NCBI GenBank assembly: GCA_035542155.1
Contig: DATKLX010000229.1
Location: 442-64,441 of the forward strand
From: Anaerolineaceae bacterium
GTDB lineage: Bacteria > Chloroflexota > Anaerolineae > Anaerolineales > Anaerolineaceae
Length of the DNA: 64,000 nt
Direction: 5' to 3'
In this document: positions 1 to 9,370 of the stretch, piece after piece
Numbering within the stretch: the first letter of the stretch is position 1
Layout: each line of letters starts with the position of its first letter
Notes under the pieces: generated by a model
The model's input: the letters and a program-made list of their open reading frames with translations, nothing else
The model's database searches: none
Told to the model about the DNA's origin: nothing
Translations under genes and position numbers: made by a program

Positions 1-1127
1 CACCCACCATCCTGATTTACGGCCACTATGACGTTCAGCCGGTCGATCCGGTCGAGCTTTGGAAAACAGGCCCATTTAATCCTGTGATGAACGGGGAAAA
101 CCTGTACGGAAGAGGCGCATCCGATATGAAAGGGCAGGTGATTGCCTCGATGAAAGCCATCGAATCGATCCTTAAAACCGATCAGCTTCCGGTGAACATC
201 AAGTTCCTGGTGGAAGGGGAAGAGGAGATTGGCTCGCCAAATTTGAGAAGCTGGATAGATGCCCATCAGGATCTCCTGGCCTGCGATCTGGCGCTCAACC
301 CGGACGCCGGGATGATCGCCGTAGACGTGCCCACGATCATCTATGCCCTGCGTGGACTGGCTTATTTTGAGATTCGCGTCTATGGACCCGATCATGACCT
401 GCACTCCGGTGTTTTTGGGGGCGTCGTGCACAACCCGGCACAGGTCCTGTGCGACCTGATTTCCGGGATGCATGACTCGCGGGGACGGATCACGCTGCCT
501 GGCTTTTACGATTCTGTGCGCGAGCTGGATGCGGAAGAAAGAAGCGAGCTGGCCCGGCTGCCCGTGGATGATGAATATTACCGAAAACAGACCGGAGCGC
601 CGGCGCTATGGGGCGAGGATGGCTATTCCGCCGTCGAACGGATCGGCTCGCGGCCGACTTTGGACGTGAACGGCCTGCTATCGGGCTTTACCACCAAAGG
701 CTCTAAAACCGTTATCCCGGCCTGGGCCATGGCCAAGATCTCGATGCGGTTGGTCCCCGACCAGGATCCGAAGCAGGTTCACAAGCAGCTTCTCCGGTAC
801 ATGGAAGAACATGCACCCAAAACAGTGCGATGGGAGGTCGACCAGATGTCAGGCGGTCCGGCCAGCCTGACCCAACGCACATCGAAGGGCACCCAGGCGT
901 TGACCAAGGCCATGCAAGCTGTGTGGGGAACGGACCCGGTTTACAAACGAGAAGGAGGCAGCATTCCCGTGGTCAGCGATGTGCAGAATTCCCTCCACGC
1001 CGACTCTGTGCTGACCGGGTTTGGCCTGCCAGACGACAATATCCACTCGCCTAATGAAAAGCTGCACACCCCCACATGGTTTAAAGGGATCGACGCGCTG
1101 ATCCACTTCTTTTATAATCTTCAATAA
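1..1127 (+). CDS. M20 family metallopeptidase (dipeptidase/ArgE-DapE-like), 5' end outside window
   Basis: The reading frame stays open to base 1 (frame 3 reads PTILIYGHYDVQPVDP...). M20 signatures YGHYDVQP and GRGASDMKG are present. The listed ORF start at 84 is internal. Confidence 0.85.
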   Translation, partial: PTILIYGHYDVQPVDPVELWKTGPFNPVMNGENLYGRGASDMKGQVIASMKAIESILKTDQLPVNIKFLVEGEEEIGSPNLRSWIDAHQDLLACDLALNPDAGMIAVDVPTIIYALRGLAYFEIRVYGPDHDLHSGVFGGVVHNPAQVLCDLISGMHDSRGRITLPGFYDSVRELDAEERSELARLPVDDEYYRKQTGAPALWGEDGYSAVERIGSRPTLDVNGLLSGFTTKGSKTVIPAWAMAKISMRLVPDQDPKQVHKQLLRYMEEHAPKTVRWEVDQMSGGPASLTQRTSKGTQALTKAMQAVWGTDPVYKREGGSIPVVSDVQNSLHADSVLTGFGLPDDNIHSPNEKLHTPTWFKGIDALIHFFYNLQ

Positions 1128-1158
1128 ATAATAGTTTTTGGCATGTTAAAGGTAACCT

Positions 1159-2052
1159 ATGGCTGAAAAATTACCCTCTTATGGAGGACAGGCGGTAATC
1201 GAAGGCGTGCTCATGCGCGGCACGCAATCTGTGGCGATGGCCATGCGCGCTCCCAGCGGAGAGATCATCCTCCACGAAGAACCGCTGGATTCGATTTATC
1301 ACAGCAAGCTGACCAGGATCCCTTTCTTGAGGGGATTGGTGGTGCTGTGGGATGCGCTCGGATTGGGAATGCGCCTGCTGACCGTTTCCGCAAACACCCA
1401 GACCGGCCAGGAAGAGAAAATCGAAGGGCCAACCCTGTATATCACCCTCGGAATCTCGCTGCTGCTTGGAATTGGCCTTTTCTTCCTGGCTCCGGCGGCG
1501 CTGGGCCAGCTTGCCGAGCGCGTTTTTGGCTGGAGTCCGTGGGCGGGGAATCTGGTTGAAGGGATCATCCGCCTGGCGATCCTGATTCTCTACATCTGGG
1601 CGATCGGACAGATGAAGGAAATCCAGCGAGTGTTTGGTTATCACGGAGCCGAGCACAAAACGATCAACGCTTTCGAGGCCGGCGCGGAGCTGACCCCGGA
1701 AAATGTGGCCGGGTATTCTATTGAGCACCCCCGCTGCGGGACCGCGTTCCTGCTCACCCTTGTTTTGATCTCAATCCTTGTCTTTTCGCTGCTGGGCCCA
1801 CTGCCGGTTGGGCTGCGATTGATCAGCCGGATTTTGATGATCCCTGTCCTCGCCGGGTTAGCCTACGAGTACATTCGCTGGACGGCAAATCACTTGAGCT
1901 CACCCCTTGTCCGGCTGCTGATCCGCCCGAATCTGGCCCTGCAGCACATGACCACGCGCGAGCCGACCCTGGATATGCTTGAGGTATCGATCGCGGCATT
2001 CTGTTGCATGATCCAGAAAGAACCGAAACGAGAGATCCAAACGATAGCGTAA
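1159..2052 (+). CDS. DUF1385 domain-containing membrane protein
   Basis: The N-terminus YGGQAVIEGVLMRG and the motif YHGAEHKTINAFE are characteristic of DUF1385. Several hydrophobic helices are present. Confidence 0.8.
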   Translation: MAEKLPSYGGQAVIEGVLMRGTQSVAMAMRAPSGEIILHEEPLDSIYHSKLTRIPFLRGLVVLWDALGLGMRLLTVSANTQTGQEEKIEGPTLYITLGISLLLGIGLFFLAPAALGQLAERVFGWSPWAGNLVEGIIRLAILILYIWAIGQMKEIQRVFGYHGAEHKTINAFEAGAELTPENVAGYSIEHPRCGTAFLLTLVLISILVFSLLGPLPVGLRLISRILMIPVLAGLAYEYIRWTANHLSSPLVRLLIRPNLALQHMTTREPTLDMLEVSIAAFCCMIQKEPKREIQTIA

Positions 2053-2089
2053 ACCAACAAAACTGCGCATCCATCATCGAGGTCTAGCA

Positions 2090-2650
2090 ATGAAATCCTG
2101 GTTCCTCATTGCCGCAGGTGTCTTGATCGGTCTGATTGCAGCGGGCATCATCCTCCTGGTGTCCAGTCCACCTCGCGGCGAGCCGATCCAGTTGCCCGCC
2201 CAACCTGCACCGGTTTCGTGGGTCGTCCAGGTAGAAGGAGCCGTTGAAAAACCGGGGATTTATTCGGTGCCTGCGAACAGTCGGGTACGCGATGCTATTC
2301 AGCAAGCCGGAGGCCTGACAGAACTGGCCGATGAAAACGCAGTCAATCTGGCCGCATTTCTCAAAGATGGACAATATATTTTCGTCCCCGAGAAGGGACA
2401 GGCCAGCTTTTCTTCCGTGACGCAGGCCGCGCAGGTGATAACGATCGACCAGCCTGTGGACATCAACACTGCCACCACAGCCGATCTGGACGCGCTGCCC
2501 GGGATCGGCCCGCAAAAAGCGTCTGATATCGTCGAATACCGGAAAACGCACGGCCCGTTTCAAACCATCGATGATATCCAGAAGGTGCCCGGAATTGGCC
2601 CGGCCATCTTCGCCCAGATTAAAAACTTCATCCGCGTCGGTCAACCCTGA
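2090..2650 (+). CDS. comEA: ComEA family DNA-binding protein
   Basis: It has an N-terminal TM helix, an SLBB-like middle region and a tandem helix-hairpin-helix (LDALPGIGPQKASDIV ... IQKVPGIGPAIFAQI). Confidence 0.8.
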   Translation: MKSWFLIAAGVLIGLIAAGIILLVSSPPRGEPIQLPAQPAPVSWVVQVEGAVEKPGIYSVPANSRVRDAIQQAGGLTELADENAVNLAAFLKDGQYIFVPEKGQASFSSVTQAAQVITIDQPVDINTATTADLDALPGIGPQKASDIVEYRKTHGPFQTIDDIQKVPGIGPAIFAQIKNFIRVGQP

Positions 2651-2668
2651 AAAAGGTATAATGTCATT

Positions 2669-3118
2669 ATGGATACCAAAAAGAAACTGGAAAGCGATCT
2701 GAAACAGGCGATGCGGGCGAATGACGCGGTGGCAAAACGGACCATTCGCATGGCGCTCACAGCCATCAAGCTCGCGGAGATCGATAAAGGCGGCGATCTG
2801 GATGAGGGCGCCACCCTGGCAATCCTCCAGAAAGAAATCAAGGGCCGGCGAGAGACGATAGCTGATGCCCAAAAAGCGAACCGGCCGGATATGGTCGCCG
2901 CCGCCGAAGAAGAGATTTCTTTTTTAGAACAATATCTACCCAGGCAACTGTCTCCACAGGAGCTGGACGATCTTGCCCGGGCTGCCGTCACGGAAGCAGG
3001 GGCAACCACCCCGGCCGACATGGGAAAAGTGATGAAGATCCTGTTGCCCAGAACGCTAGGTCGGGCGACCGGCGATCAGGTCAGCCAGGCAGTCCGCAAA
3101 TTCCTCCAGGCAGGATAG
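2669..3118 (+). CDS. GatB/YqeY domain-containing protein
   Basis: The 149-aa product starts MDTKKKLESDLKQAMRANDAVAKRTIRMALTAIK and contains EISFLEQYLP, as in the YqeY family. Confidence 0.8.
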   Translation: MDTKKKLESDLKQAMRANDAVAKRTIRMALTAIKLAEIDKGGDLDEGATLAILQKEIKGRRETIADAQKANRPDMVAAAEEEISFLEQYLPRQLSPQELDDLARAAVTEAGATTPADMGKVMKILLPRTLGRATGDQVSQAVRKFLQAG

Positions 3119-3133
3119 ACCAAGCTGGACAAA

Positions 3134-5311
3134 ATGGCTTTAACCGTCTCCCCCAACCGCAGGAGCCGATTTTCCAGAAACCACTCATTCAGCATCCTTC
3201 TTCTACTGGTTTCGGGAGGCCTGTCATTTGGCGCGCTGATCACACCAGTTAACCTGCGGCCAGTCGCTTTCCCCCTGAAAGTGGGAGACGTTGCCCCGCA
3301 AGACATTCAGGCCCCACGGGCGATCACCTACACCAGCAGTATCCAAACTGAGATGGCCAGGCAGGCTGCAGAACAATCCGTGGCCCCGGTCTATTTACCG
3401 GCGGATCCAGCGCTCACTCGCAACCAGATTGAGAAGATGCGCAGCACACTCATATATGTCAATACGGTACGGCTGGATACGTATGCAACCCGGCCGCAGC
3501 AAATTTCCGATCTGCGCGCGATTCCTAACCTCAATTTGTCCACTGAGACAACCGGTAAACTGCTCAGTCTGAACGACGCGCAATGGCAGGCCGTTCAGGA
3601 GGAGTCCCTTAACGTGCTCGAGCTTGTTATGCGCAATGGGATCCGCGAGGATCGGGTGGACTATTACCGGCGAAGTATACCCACGCTGATCAGCTTTTCT
3701 TTATCTCAAGAGGAAGCGACCGTCATTTCGGAGCTGGTCTCAGCTTTTGTGGTTCCCAACAACCTGTACAGCGCCGAACAAACCGAAGCCGCTCGGCAGG
3801 CAGTGGTATCGAAAGTCCAACCTGTCACCCAGACTTATATCGCCGGGGAAACCATCGTTTTGCGGGGACAGGTGATCAGCGATACCGCCTGGGAAGCCAT
3901 GGAAGAGCTCGGCTTGGTGAAACCCCAGGACAATACCAGGGAAATTATCGGATCGGCGGCGCTGGTGCTTCTGCTAGGCGGTTTCGTCGCCCTATTTTTA
4001 GCCCGCTTGCGCAGAGATTATCCATTGAACGATCTGCGCAGCCTGGTTTTGATAGCCTCCTTATTTCTGGTATTTCTGTATGCTGCTCGCCTGATCATCC
4101 CAAACCGGACTGTGATCCCGTACCTTTTACCGATCTCCGCCTTTGGGCTTACGATCACTGTATTGTTCAACGCGGAGCTGGGGATGGTTCTGTCTCTGGT
4201 TTTAAGCATCCTGGCGGCATTCCAGTTACCAAATTCGCTGGACCTGACTTTGTTCTACATGCTGGGCAGCTTATGCGGGATCCTTTCCATCGGAAGAGCC
4301 AGGCGGGTCTCCAATTTCATCTGGTCAGGTCTGGCGATCGGCGCGGCGGGTTCTACGGTGATCGTGGCATACCGCCTTGCGGATGCCCAGACTGATTGGA
4401 TTGGGCTGGCGACGCTGATCGGGGTCGCTATGTTTAATGGGATTGCATCGGCGAGCATGACCCTGCTGTTCCAATTCTTTTTTGCCCAAATGCTGGGGTT
4501 AACCACCGCGATGCAGCTTCTGGAGATCTCCCGACCAGACCATCCCCTCCTGCAATACCTCCTGCGGAATGCGCCGGGAACCTACCAGCACAGTCTGCAG
4601 GTCGCCAACCTGGCCGAACAGGCTGCGGAAGCCATTGGCGCAGACGCTCTTTTAACGCGTGTTGGAGCCATCTACCACGACGCCGGCAAGGCAGCCAACC
4701 CGCTTTACTTTATCGAAAACCAGGTGCCTGGAAACCTCAATCCTCACGACGACCTGGATCCGCTGACCAGTTCGGCGACGATCATCCAGCATGTGGCGGA
4801 TGGTATGGCCATGGCAAGGAAACACCGCCTGCCGCCGCGGATCCAGAATTTCATCAGCGAACATCACGGGACCCTGCTGACCCGCTACCAGTACACCAAA
4901 GCCATTGAAGCGGCGGGCGGCCAAGCCGAGCTGGTGGACAAGGATCTGTTTCGTTACCCTGGCCCGAGGCCGCGCTCCAGGGAGACAGCCCTGGTCATGC
5001 TGGCAGACGGGGTCGAAGCGCGCGCTCGTGCAGAGCTGCCCAAAGACGAAATTGAGCTGCGGACATTAATCAAGCGGGTTTTCGATTTTTGCCAGACCGA
5101 AGGGCAGCTCGATGAAACCCGCCTGACCCTTAAGGATTTGACCACGGCCATCGATTCTTTCAGTAATACGCTACGGGGACTTTATCATCCACGCATCGTT
5201 TATCCAGAGCTGAAGGCAGCCGCAACTTCCCCTGAACTTCCCGCTGTTGAGCCAATTCTGAATGAAAATTCGTCCGCCCAATCCATACCAACCACCCCTC
5301 TTCCCAAATGA
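3134..5311 (+). CDS. 7TM-receptor-HD (HDIG) phosphohydrolase, PgpH/YqfF-like
   Basis: It has a large N-terminal extracytoplasmic region, about 7 TM helices and a C-terminal HD domain (HSLQVANLAE ... IYHDAGK). It sits in the conserved pgpH-ybeY-dgkA order. Confidence 0.8.
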   Translation: MALTVSPNRRSRFSRNHSFSILLLLVSGGLSFGALITPVNLRPVAFPLKVGDVAPQDIQAPRAITYTSSIQTEMARQAAEQSVAPVYLPADPALTRNQIEKMRSTLIYVNTVRLDTYATRPQQISDLRAIPNLNLSTETTGKLLSLNDAQWQAVQEESLNVLELVMRNGIREDRVDYYRRSIPTLISFSLSQEEATVISELVSAFVVPNNLYSAEQTEAARQAVVSKVQPVTQTYIAGETIVLRGQVISDTAWEAMEELGLVKPQDNTREIIGSAALVLLLGGFVALFLARLRRDYPLNDLRSLVLIASLFLVFLYAARLIIPNRTVIPYLLPISAFGLTITVLFNAELGMVLSLVLSILAAFQLPNSLDLTLFYMLGSLCGILSIGRARRVSNFIWSGLAIGAAGSTVIVAYRLADAQTDWIGLATLIGVAMFNGIASASMTLLFQFFFAQMLGLTTAMQLLEISRPDHPLLQYLLRNAPGTYQHSLQVANLAEQAAEAIGADALLTRVGAIYHDAGKAANPLYFIENQVPGNLNPHDDLDPLTSSATIIQHVADGMAMARKHRLPPRIQNFISEHHGTLLTRYQYTKAIEAAGGQAELVDKDLFRYPGPRPRSRETALVMLADGVEARARAELPKDEIELRTLIKRVFDFCQTEGQLDETRLTLKDLTTAIDSFSNTLRGLYHPRIVYPELKAAATSPELPAVEPILNENSSAQSIPTTPLPK

Positions 5312-5766
5312 TCACCGTTGAAATCAGCGACACTTTTCAAGAAATGGTCGATCCGGCCTGGCTCGAGGAGGCTGCCCAGGCAGCGCTGAGCGAGGAAGAG
5401 GCGCCGGAGTCGTCAGAATTGAGCATCGTCATCGGTGACGATGAGATGCTGCAGACGCTCAACCTTCAATACCTCGGGATCAATTCGCCCACAGACGTAC
5501 TATCCTTCCCGTCAGAGGAAAAAGATCCCGAAAGCGGCAACCTGTATCTTGGAGATATTATCCTGTCCTATCCGCGCGCATCCGAGCAGGCAGAGGCCGG
5601 TGGCCACCCGGTGAAAGCTGAGCTGCAATTGCTCGTCATCCACGGCGTGCTTCACCTCCTCGGCTACGACCACAGCGAGGTGGAGGAAAGAGAACTTATG
5701 TGGGGCAAACAGGCCAGTATCCTCATTGCGCTGGGAAGCCCAATCACAGGGCCGGCTAATGAGTGA
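5308..5766 (+). CDS. ybeY: rRNA maturation RNase YbeY
   Basis: The zinc motif HGVLHLLGYDH is present. It overlaps the upstream gene by 4 bp (ATGA). Confidence 0.9.
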   Translation: MITVEISDTFQEMVDPAWLEEAAQAALSEEEAPESSELSIVIGDDEMLQTLNLQYLGINSPTDVLSFPSEEKDPESGNLYLGDIILSYPRASEQAEAGGHPVKAELQLLVIHGVLHLLGYDHSEVEERELMWGKQASILIALGSPITGPANE

Positions 5767-6190
5767 ACTGAGGCTTCTCTTCAGACGAGATAAGCAAGGG
5801 ATGCAAAAATTTCTTCGCTCCCGGGGGCGCTCGTTTAAGAATGCTTTCGCGGGTCTGTACTACGTGATGCGCACCCAGCGTAACGCCTGGATCCACTCCG
5901 TGGCAACAATGTTGGTGGTACTGCTGGCCATCTGGCTCCAACTTTCGGTGACGAGTTGGGCAATTCTCTTTCTAGCAATGGGGATGGTGTGGACCGCTGA
6001 GTTTTTCAACACCGCCCTGGAAGCGTACATCGATTTGGCCAGCCCACAGATCCACCCGCTGGCAAGAATTGGAAAAGATGTAGGGGCGGGAGCGGTGCTG
6101 GTCAGCGCTTTTTTCGCCGCGATCGTGGGTTTCTTGATCATGGGCCCTCCCTTGTTGAACCGCCTGGAGATGCTTTTTCATTTTCGCTGA
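5759..6190 (+). CDS. dgkA: diacylglycerol/undecaprenol kinase family protein
   Basis: It is a small 3-TM protein with the FNTALEAYIDL motif. I prefer ATG 5759, which overlaps the ybeY stop, over the ORF-track start at 5726. Confidence 0.8.
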   Translation: MSELRLLFRRDKQGMQKFLRSRGRSFKNAFAGLYYVMRTQRNAWIHSVATMLVVLLAIWLQLSVTSWAILFLAMGMVWTAEFFNTALEAYIDLASPQIHPLARIGKDVGAGAVLVSAFFAAIVGFLIMGPPLLNRLEMLFHFR

Positions 6191-6203
6191 ATTGGGGTCG
6201 AGT

Positions 6204-7046
6204 ATGGAATCATTTCGTTTTGGAACCGTTGGCTCACCTTTATCGATGCCCAAAAAGCCAGGTGGCTCTGTCGGGGCAATTCTTCAACTGAGGAGCCTTG
6301 GGCTGACCGCGCTCGAACTGGGATGGGTGCAGTCGGTGCGGGTCAGCGAAGCGACCTGTGTGGAAATCCGCCGGACCGGCGCGGAGCAAGACGTGAAGAT
6401 CAGCGTCCACGCGCCGTATTTTATCAACCTGAATGCCTCGGATGATGAATGGCCCAATTCGCGCAAACGGTTAATAGACGCAGCATATTATGGAAATCTG
6501 GCCGGGGCTACGGATATCGTCTTTCACCCGGGCTCCTATTTCGGAATGCGCCCAGAGGAGATCCTGCCGAAAGCGATCAATCGGTTGGCGGATTGCGTGG
6601 CTGAGCTACGCAAACAGGGAAATCCGGTGACATTGCGGCCGGAGACGATGGGAAAATCCGCCATGCTAGGATCTCTGGAGGATACTCTGGCAATGAGTCA
6701 TGCAATCCCAGGGGTGGTACCCTGCCTGGATTTCGCCCACCTCCACGCTCGCCCGGGAGATGGCACGATGAACACGTACGGCGAATGGTGCCAGGTCCTG
6801 AACGATTATGCGAAGACCTTAGGGGATGCTCAACTGAAGCACCTGCATTGCCATCTTTCTGGGATCCAGTACTCGAAGCTGGGCGAGCGCAAACACGTTC
6901 CCATCCAGGAATCAGATCTGAACCTGGAAGAGTTGTTCCGAGCTTTACGGGATTGTGGAGCCGGCGGAAGGATAATGTGTGAAAGTCCCGATATGGAAAA
7001 CGATGCTTTGTACATGCAAAGCGTGTGGGGAAAAATTAACCAATAA
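6204..7046 (+). CDS. AP endonuclease family 2 / endonuclease IV-like TIM-barrel protein
   Basis: The metal-ligand blocks SVHAPYFINL, FHPGS, RPETMG, LDFAHLH and HCHLSG resemble the Nfo-type sugar-phosphate-isomerase/endonuclease fold. I prefer ATG 6204 over TTG 6192. Confidence 0.65.
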   Translation: MESFRFGTVGSPLSMPKKPGGSVGAILQLRSLGLTALELGWVQSVRVSEATCVEIRRTGAEQDVKISVHAPYFINLNASDDEWPNSRKRLIDAAYYGNLAGATDIVFHPGSYFGMRPEEILPKAINRLADCVAELRKQGNPVTLRPETMGKSAMLGSLEDTLAMSHAIPGVVPCLDFAHLHARPGDGTMNTYGEWCQVLNDYAKTLGDAQLKHLHCHLSGIQYSKLGERKHVPIQESDLNLEELFRALRDCGAGGRIMCESPDMENDALYMQSVWGKINQ

Positions 7047-7058
7047 AAAAGCCTTCTT

Positions 7059-7712
7059 TTAAATATACTCTTTCAGGTTATGCTCCACCGCGTAGGCCGC
7101 GGCTTCGGCCCGGTTGGATACCCCCAGTTTCGAGAGAATGCTGCTGACGTAATTGCGCACGGTGCCTTCGCCAAGAAAAAGCGCTTTGGCGATTTCGCGG
7201 TTCGTCTTCCCTTCAGAAACCAGAACAAGGACGTGTTTTTCCTGCTGGCTCAAGTTCGAAAATGCGGAGGCCTCTTCTTCCTTAACCGCTTTACGCACTT
7301 CCTGGAAAACGCGCTGCGTCACCGCCGGGTCGAGGAGAGCTTCACCGCGCCCAACCGCTTCCAGGGCTTTGATCAGATCTTCACCGCCAATCTGTTTGAG
7401 AATATACCCCGAAGCGCCCGCCCGAATGGCGGAAAAAAGCATCTCGTCTTCTGCATAGGAGGTCAGCATAACGACCCGGGTATCTGGAAAACGGCGGGTA
7501 ATTTCTTCGGTGGCCTCGATCCCTGATGCCCCCGGAAGGCGTATATCCATTAAAACAACATCGGGATTACTGCGCGAAACCTGTTCGACAGCTTCGCGAG
7601 CATTACTGGCTTCTCCAACAACCTCGAATTGGGTGTTGTGTTCGAGAAGCGCTTTCAATCCCAGGCGAACAACTTCATGGTCATCTACCAATAATATACG
7701 TTGTTTGCTCAT
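7059..7712 (-). CDS. response regulator, NarL/FixJ (LuxR-type HTH) family
   Basis: The receiver domain has ILLVDDH ... [10 protein letters not shown]. The C-terminal HTH has [22 protein letters not shown]. No cognate histidine kinase is nearby. Confidence 0.9.
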   Translation of the reverse strand: MSKQRILLVDDHEVVRLGLKALLEHNTQFEVVGEASNAREAVEQVSRSNPDVVLMDIRLPGASGIEATEEITRRFPDTRVVMLTSYAEDEMLFSAIRAGASGYILKQIGGEDLIKALEAVGRGEALLDPAVTQRVFQEVRKAVKEEEASAFSNLSQQEKHVLVLVSEGKTNREIAKALFLGEGTVRNYVSSILSKLGVSNRAEAAAYAVEHNLKEYI

Positions 7713-7806
7713 CGTAACCTTGCCTCCAGGTTGGTTTGCTGAAGATAAACAGGGTCAGTATAGCCGAGAGATAAATGAAAGGCAAGGGATCGCCTCTTTT
7801 TTCAAA

Positions 7807-8553
7807 TCAAGCTGTGCTGGCAGCCTGGCTTTCAAGCTTATTGCGGCGATAATCCACAAACCGGTAACCCACACCGCGCTCGGTCAGGATGTACTGCGGG
7901 TTCGCGGGATCTTTCTCAAGCTTTTGGCGGAGATAGTTGATATACAGCCGGACGTAATGGGGCTCGTCCCGATACTCATAGCCCCACACCTTCGCAAGGA
8001 GCTGATCGTGAGTCACCACCCAGCCAGCATTCTGGACCAGATGATACAGGAGCCGGTATTCGGTCGGGCGAAGCTTAACCAACTGGCCATCCACCCAGAC
8101 CTCGCGGCGGTCGAAGTCGATCTTCAAGCGGTCATCCACTTCGATCAGTCCGCGCATTCCACCTCCACCAGAATCGACTCGGCGCAGCACCGCGCGAACC
8201 CGGCTGACCAGCTCACGAGGGCTGAAGGGCTTGGTGATATAGTCATCCGCGCCAAGCTCCAACCCGCGGACGCGGTCGTCTTCCTCTCCTTTTGCTGTGA
8301 GCATTATGATCGGGACCGAGCTGATCTCGCGGATCATTTTCAATACTTCAAAGCCGTCCAGGTCTGGTAGCATTACATCCAAAAGAATCACGTCGGGGAG
8401 GGCATCACGTAGGCGCTGGATAGCCTGCATACCGCGATAGGCTTCGATCACCTGGAAACCATCATGTTCCAGGTTTAAACGAATAAACCGGACCATTCGC
8501 TCTTCGTCATCGACCACCAGGATCCGGCGATTCTTGAAAAGATCTTCTGGCAT
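7807..8553 (-). CDS. response regulator, OmpR/PhoB winged-helix family
   Basis: The receiver domain has ILVVDDEE ... VILLDVMLPDLDG. The winged helix has LRPTEYRLLYHL ... RGVGYRF. Confidence 0.9.
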   Translation of the reverse strand: MPEDLFKNRRILVVDDEERMVRFIRLNLEHDGFQVIEAYRGMQAIQRLRDALPDVILLDVMLPDLDGFEVLKMIREISSVPIIMLTAKGEEDDRVRGLELGADDYITKPFSPRELVSRVRAVLRRVDSGGGGMRGLIEVDDRLKIDFDRREVWVDGQLVKLRPTEYRLLYHLVQNAGWVVTHDQLLAKVWGYEYRDEPHYVRLYINYLRQKLEKDPANPQYILTERGVGYRFVDYRRNKLESQAASTA

Positions 8554-8559
8554 GGCTAC

Positions 8560-8799
8560 CTATTCCCTTACAAAGCCAATGATTTCTTCTTCTTCCCCGG
8601 TAGGCATGATTTCAATGAAATTGATTCTGGCAACGGGTAGCAAAATAGAAGTCACATTGGCATCCAAATAGTGTAAATCCTTGCCATCTTTCCGCCGTGG
8701 GTTTTTTACCGTGAGCAAGGTATCACCAGGGGAAGGCAGCTCATCCACCTCTCCCAGGACTGGATCCTCGTTTTGAATATGGATTAAAAGCGTAGGCAT
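8560..8799 (-). CDS. hypothetical 79-aa protein with acidic C-terminus
   Basis: This clean ORF lies 6 nt upstream of the OmpR-type regulator start on the same strand. I recognise no family. Confidence 0.55.
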   Translation of the reverse strand: MPTLLIHIQNEDPVLGEVDELPSPGDTLLTVKNPRRKDGKDLHYLDANVTSILLPVARINFIEIMPTGEEEEIIGFVRE

Positions 8800-8842
8800 T
8801 TGACTATCCTGAGTTAGATCGAGATACCAAACAAGATCCGGT

Positions 8843-9370
8843 TCAACGGCGGATTAAAACCTGGATTTTTAATTTGCCAAGCGCGAGCATATCGCCATGA
8901 TTCACCGGGTAGTCGACGTTTGGCATGATTTTCTGGCCATTCACACGCGTGCCGTTCGAAGAGCCCAAGTCCATGACGACCACGCGCTGGTTGATGATCT
9001 TCAAGGCAGCATGGAGCCGCGAAACCCCCTGGGCATATGCCTCGTATGGGGAAAGGTCCACATCCGGTAAAATGGGCTGGCCTTCTGCAACCCGGCCAAG
9101 GGTAAATTCAGAGCGGCCGGCGAGGGGAAGAATCTGGCCATTATCGACCATGTGAAGGGAAACCAGGGCATCGATCGCTGAGGATGGTGAGGGTGGCGTG
9201 GTCGCCGGCGGAGGTTGAGGCGTGAGCGGCGTCGAGGGGAGAGCATCCGATTGCGAGCGGATAAAAGCCTGTGTGGACAGCCGCTCGGTGAAAACAAGCT
9301 GCGCCCCACACTCACTGCAAAACAGGGCTCCAGCTATCTCTTGATGTTGGCAATTTGGACAGAGGATCAT
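8843..9370 (-). CDS. zinc-ribbon plus FHA domain protein
   Basis: The N-terminus has a CPNC...CSEC zinc ribbon, followed by a Pro/Thr/Ser linker. The C-terminal FHA domain has FTLGR ... VSRLHAAL ... DLGSSNGTRVNG. It overlaps the upstream gene by 4 bp. Confidence 0.85.
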   Translation of the reverse strand: MILCPNCQHQEIAGALFCSECGAQLVFTERLSTQAFIRSQSDALPSTPLTPQPPPATTPPSPSSAIDALVSLHMVDNGQILPLAGRSEFTLGRVAEGQPILPDVDLSPYEAYAQGVSRLHAALKIINQRVVVMDLGSSNGTRVNGQKIMPNVDYPVNHGDMLALGKLKIQVLIRR

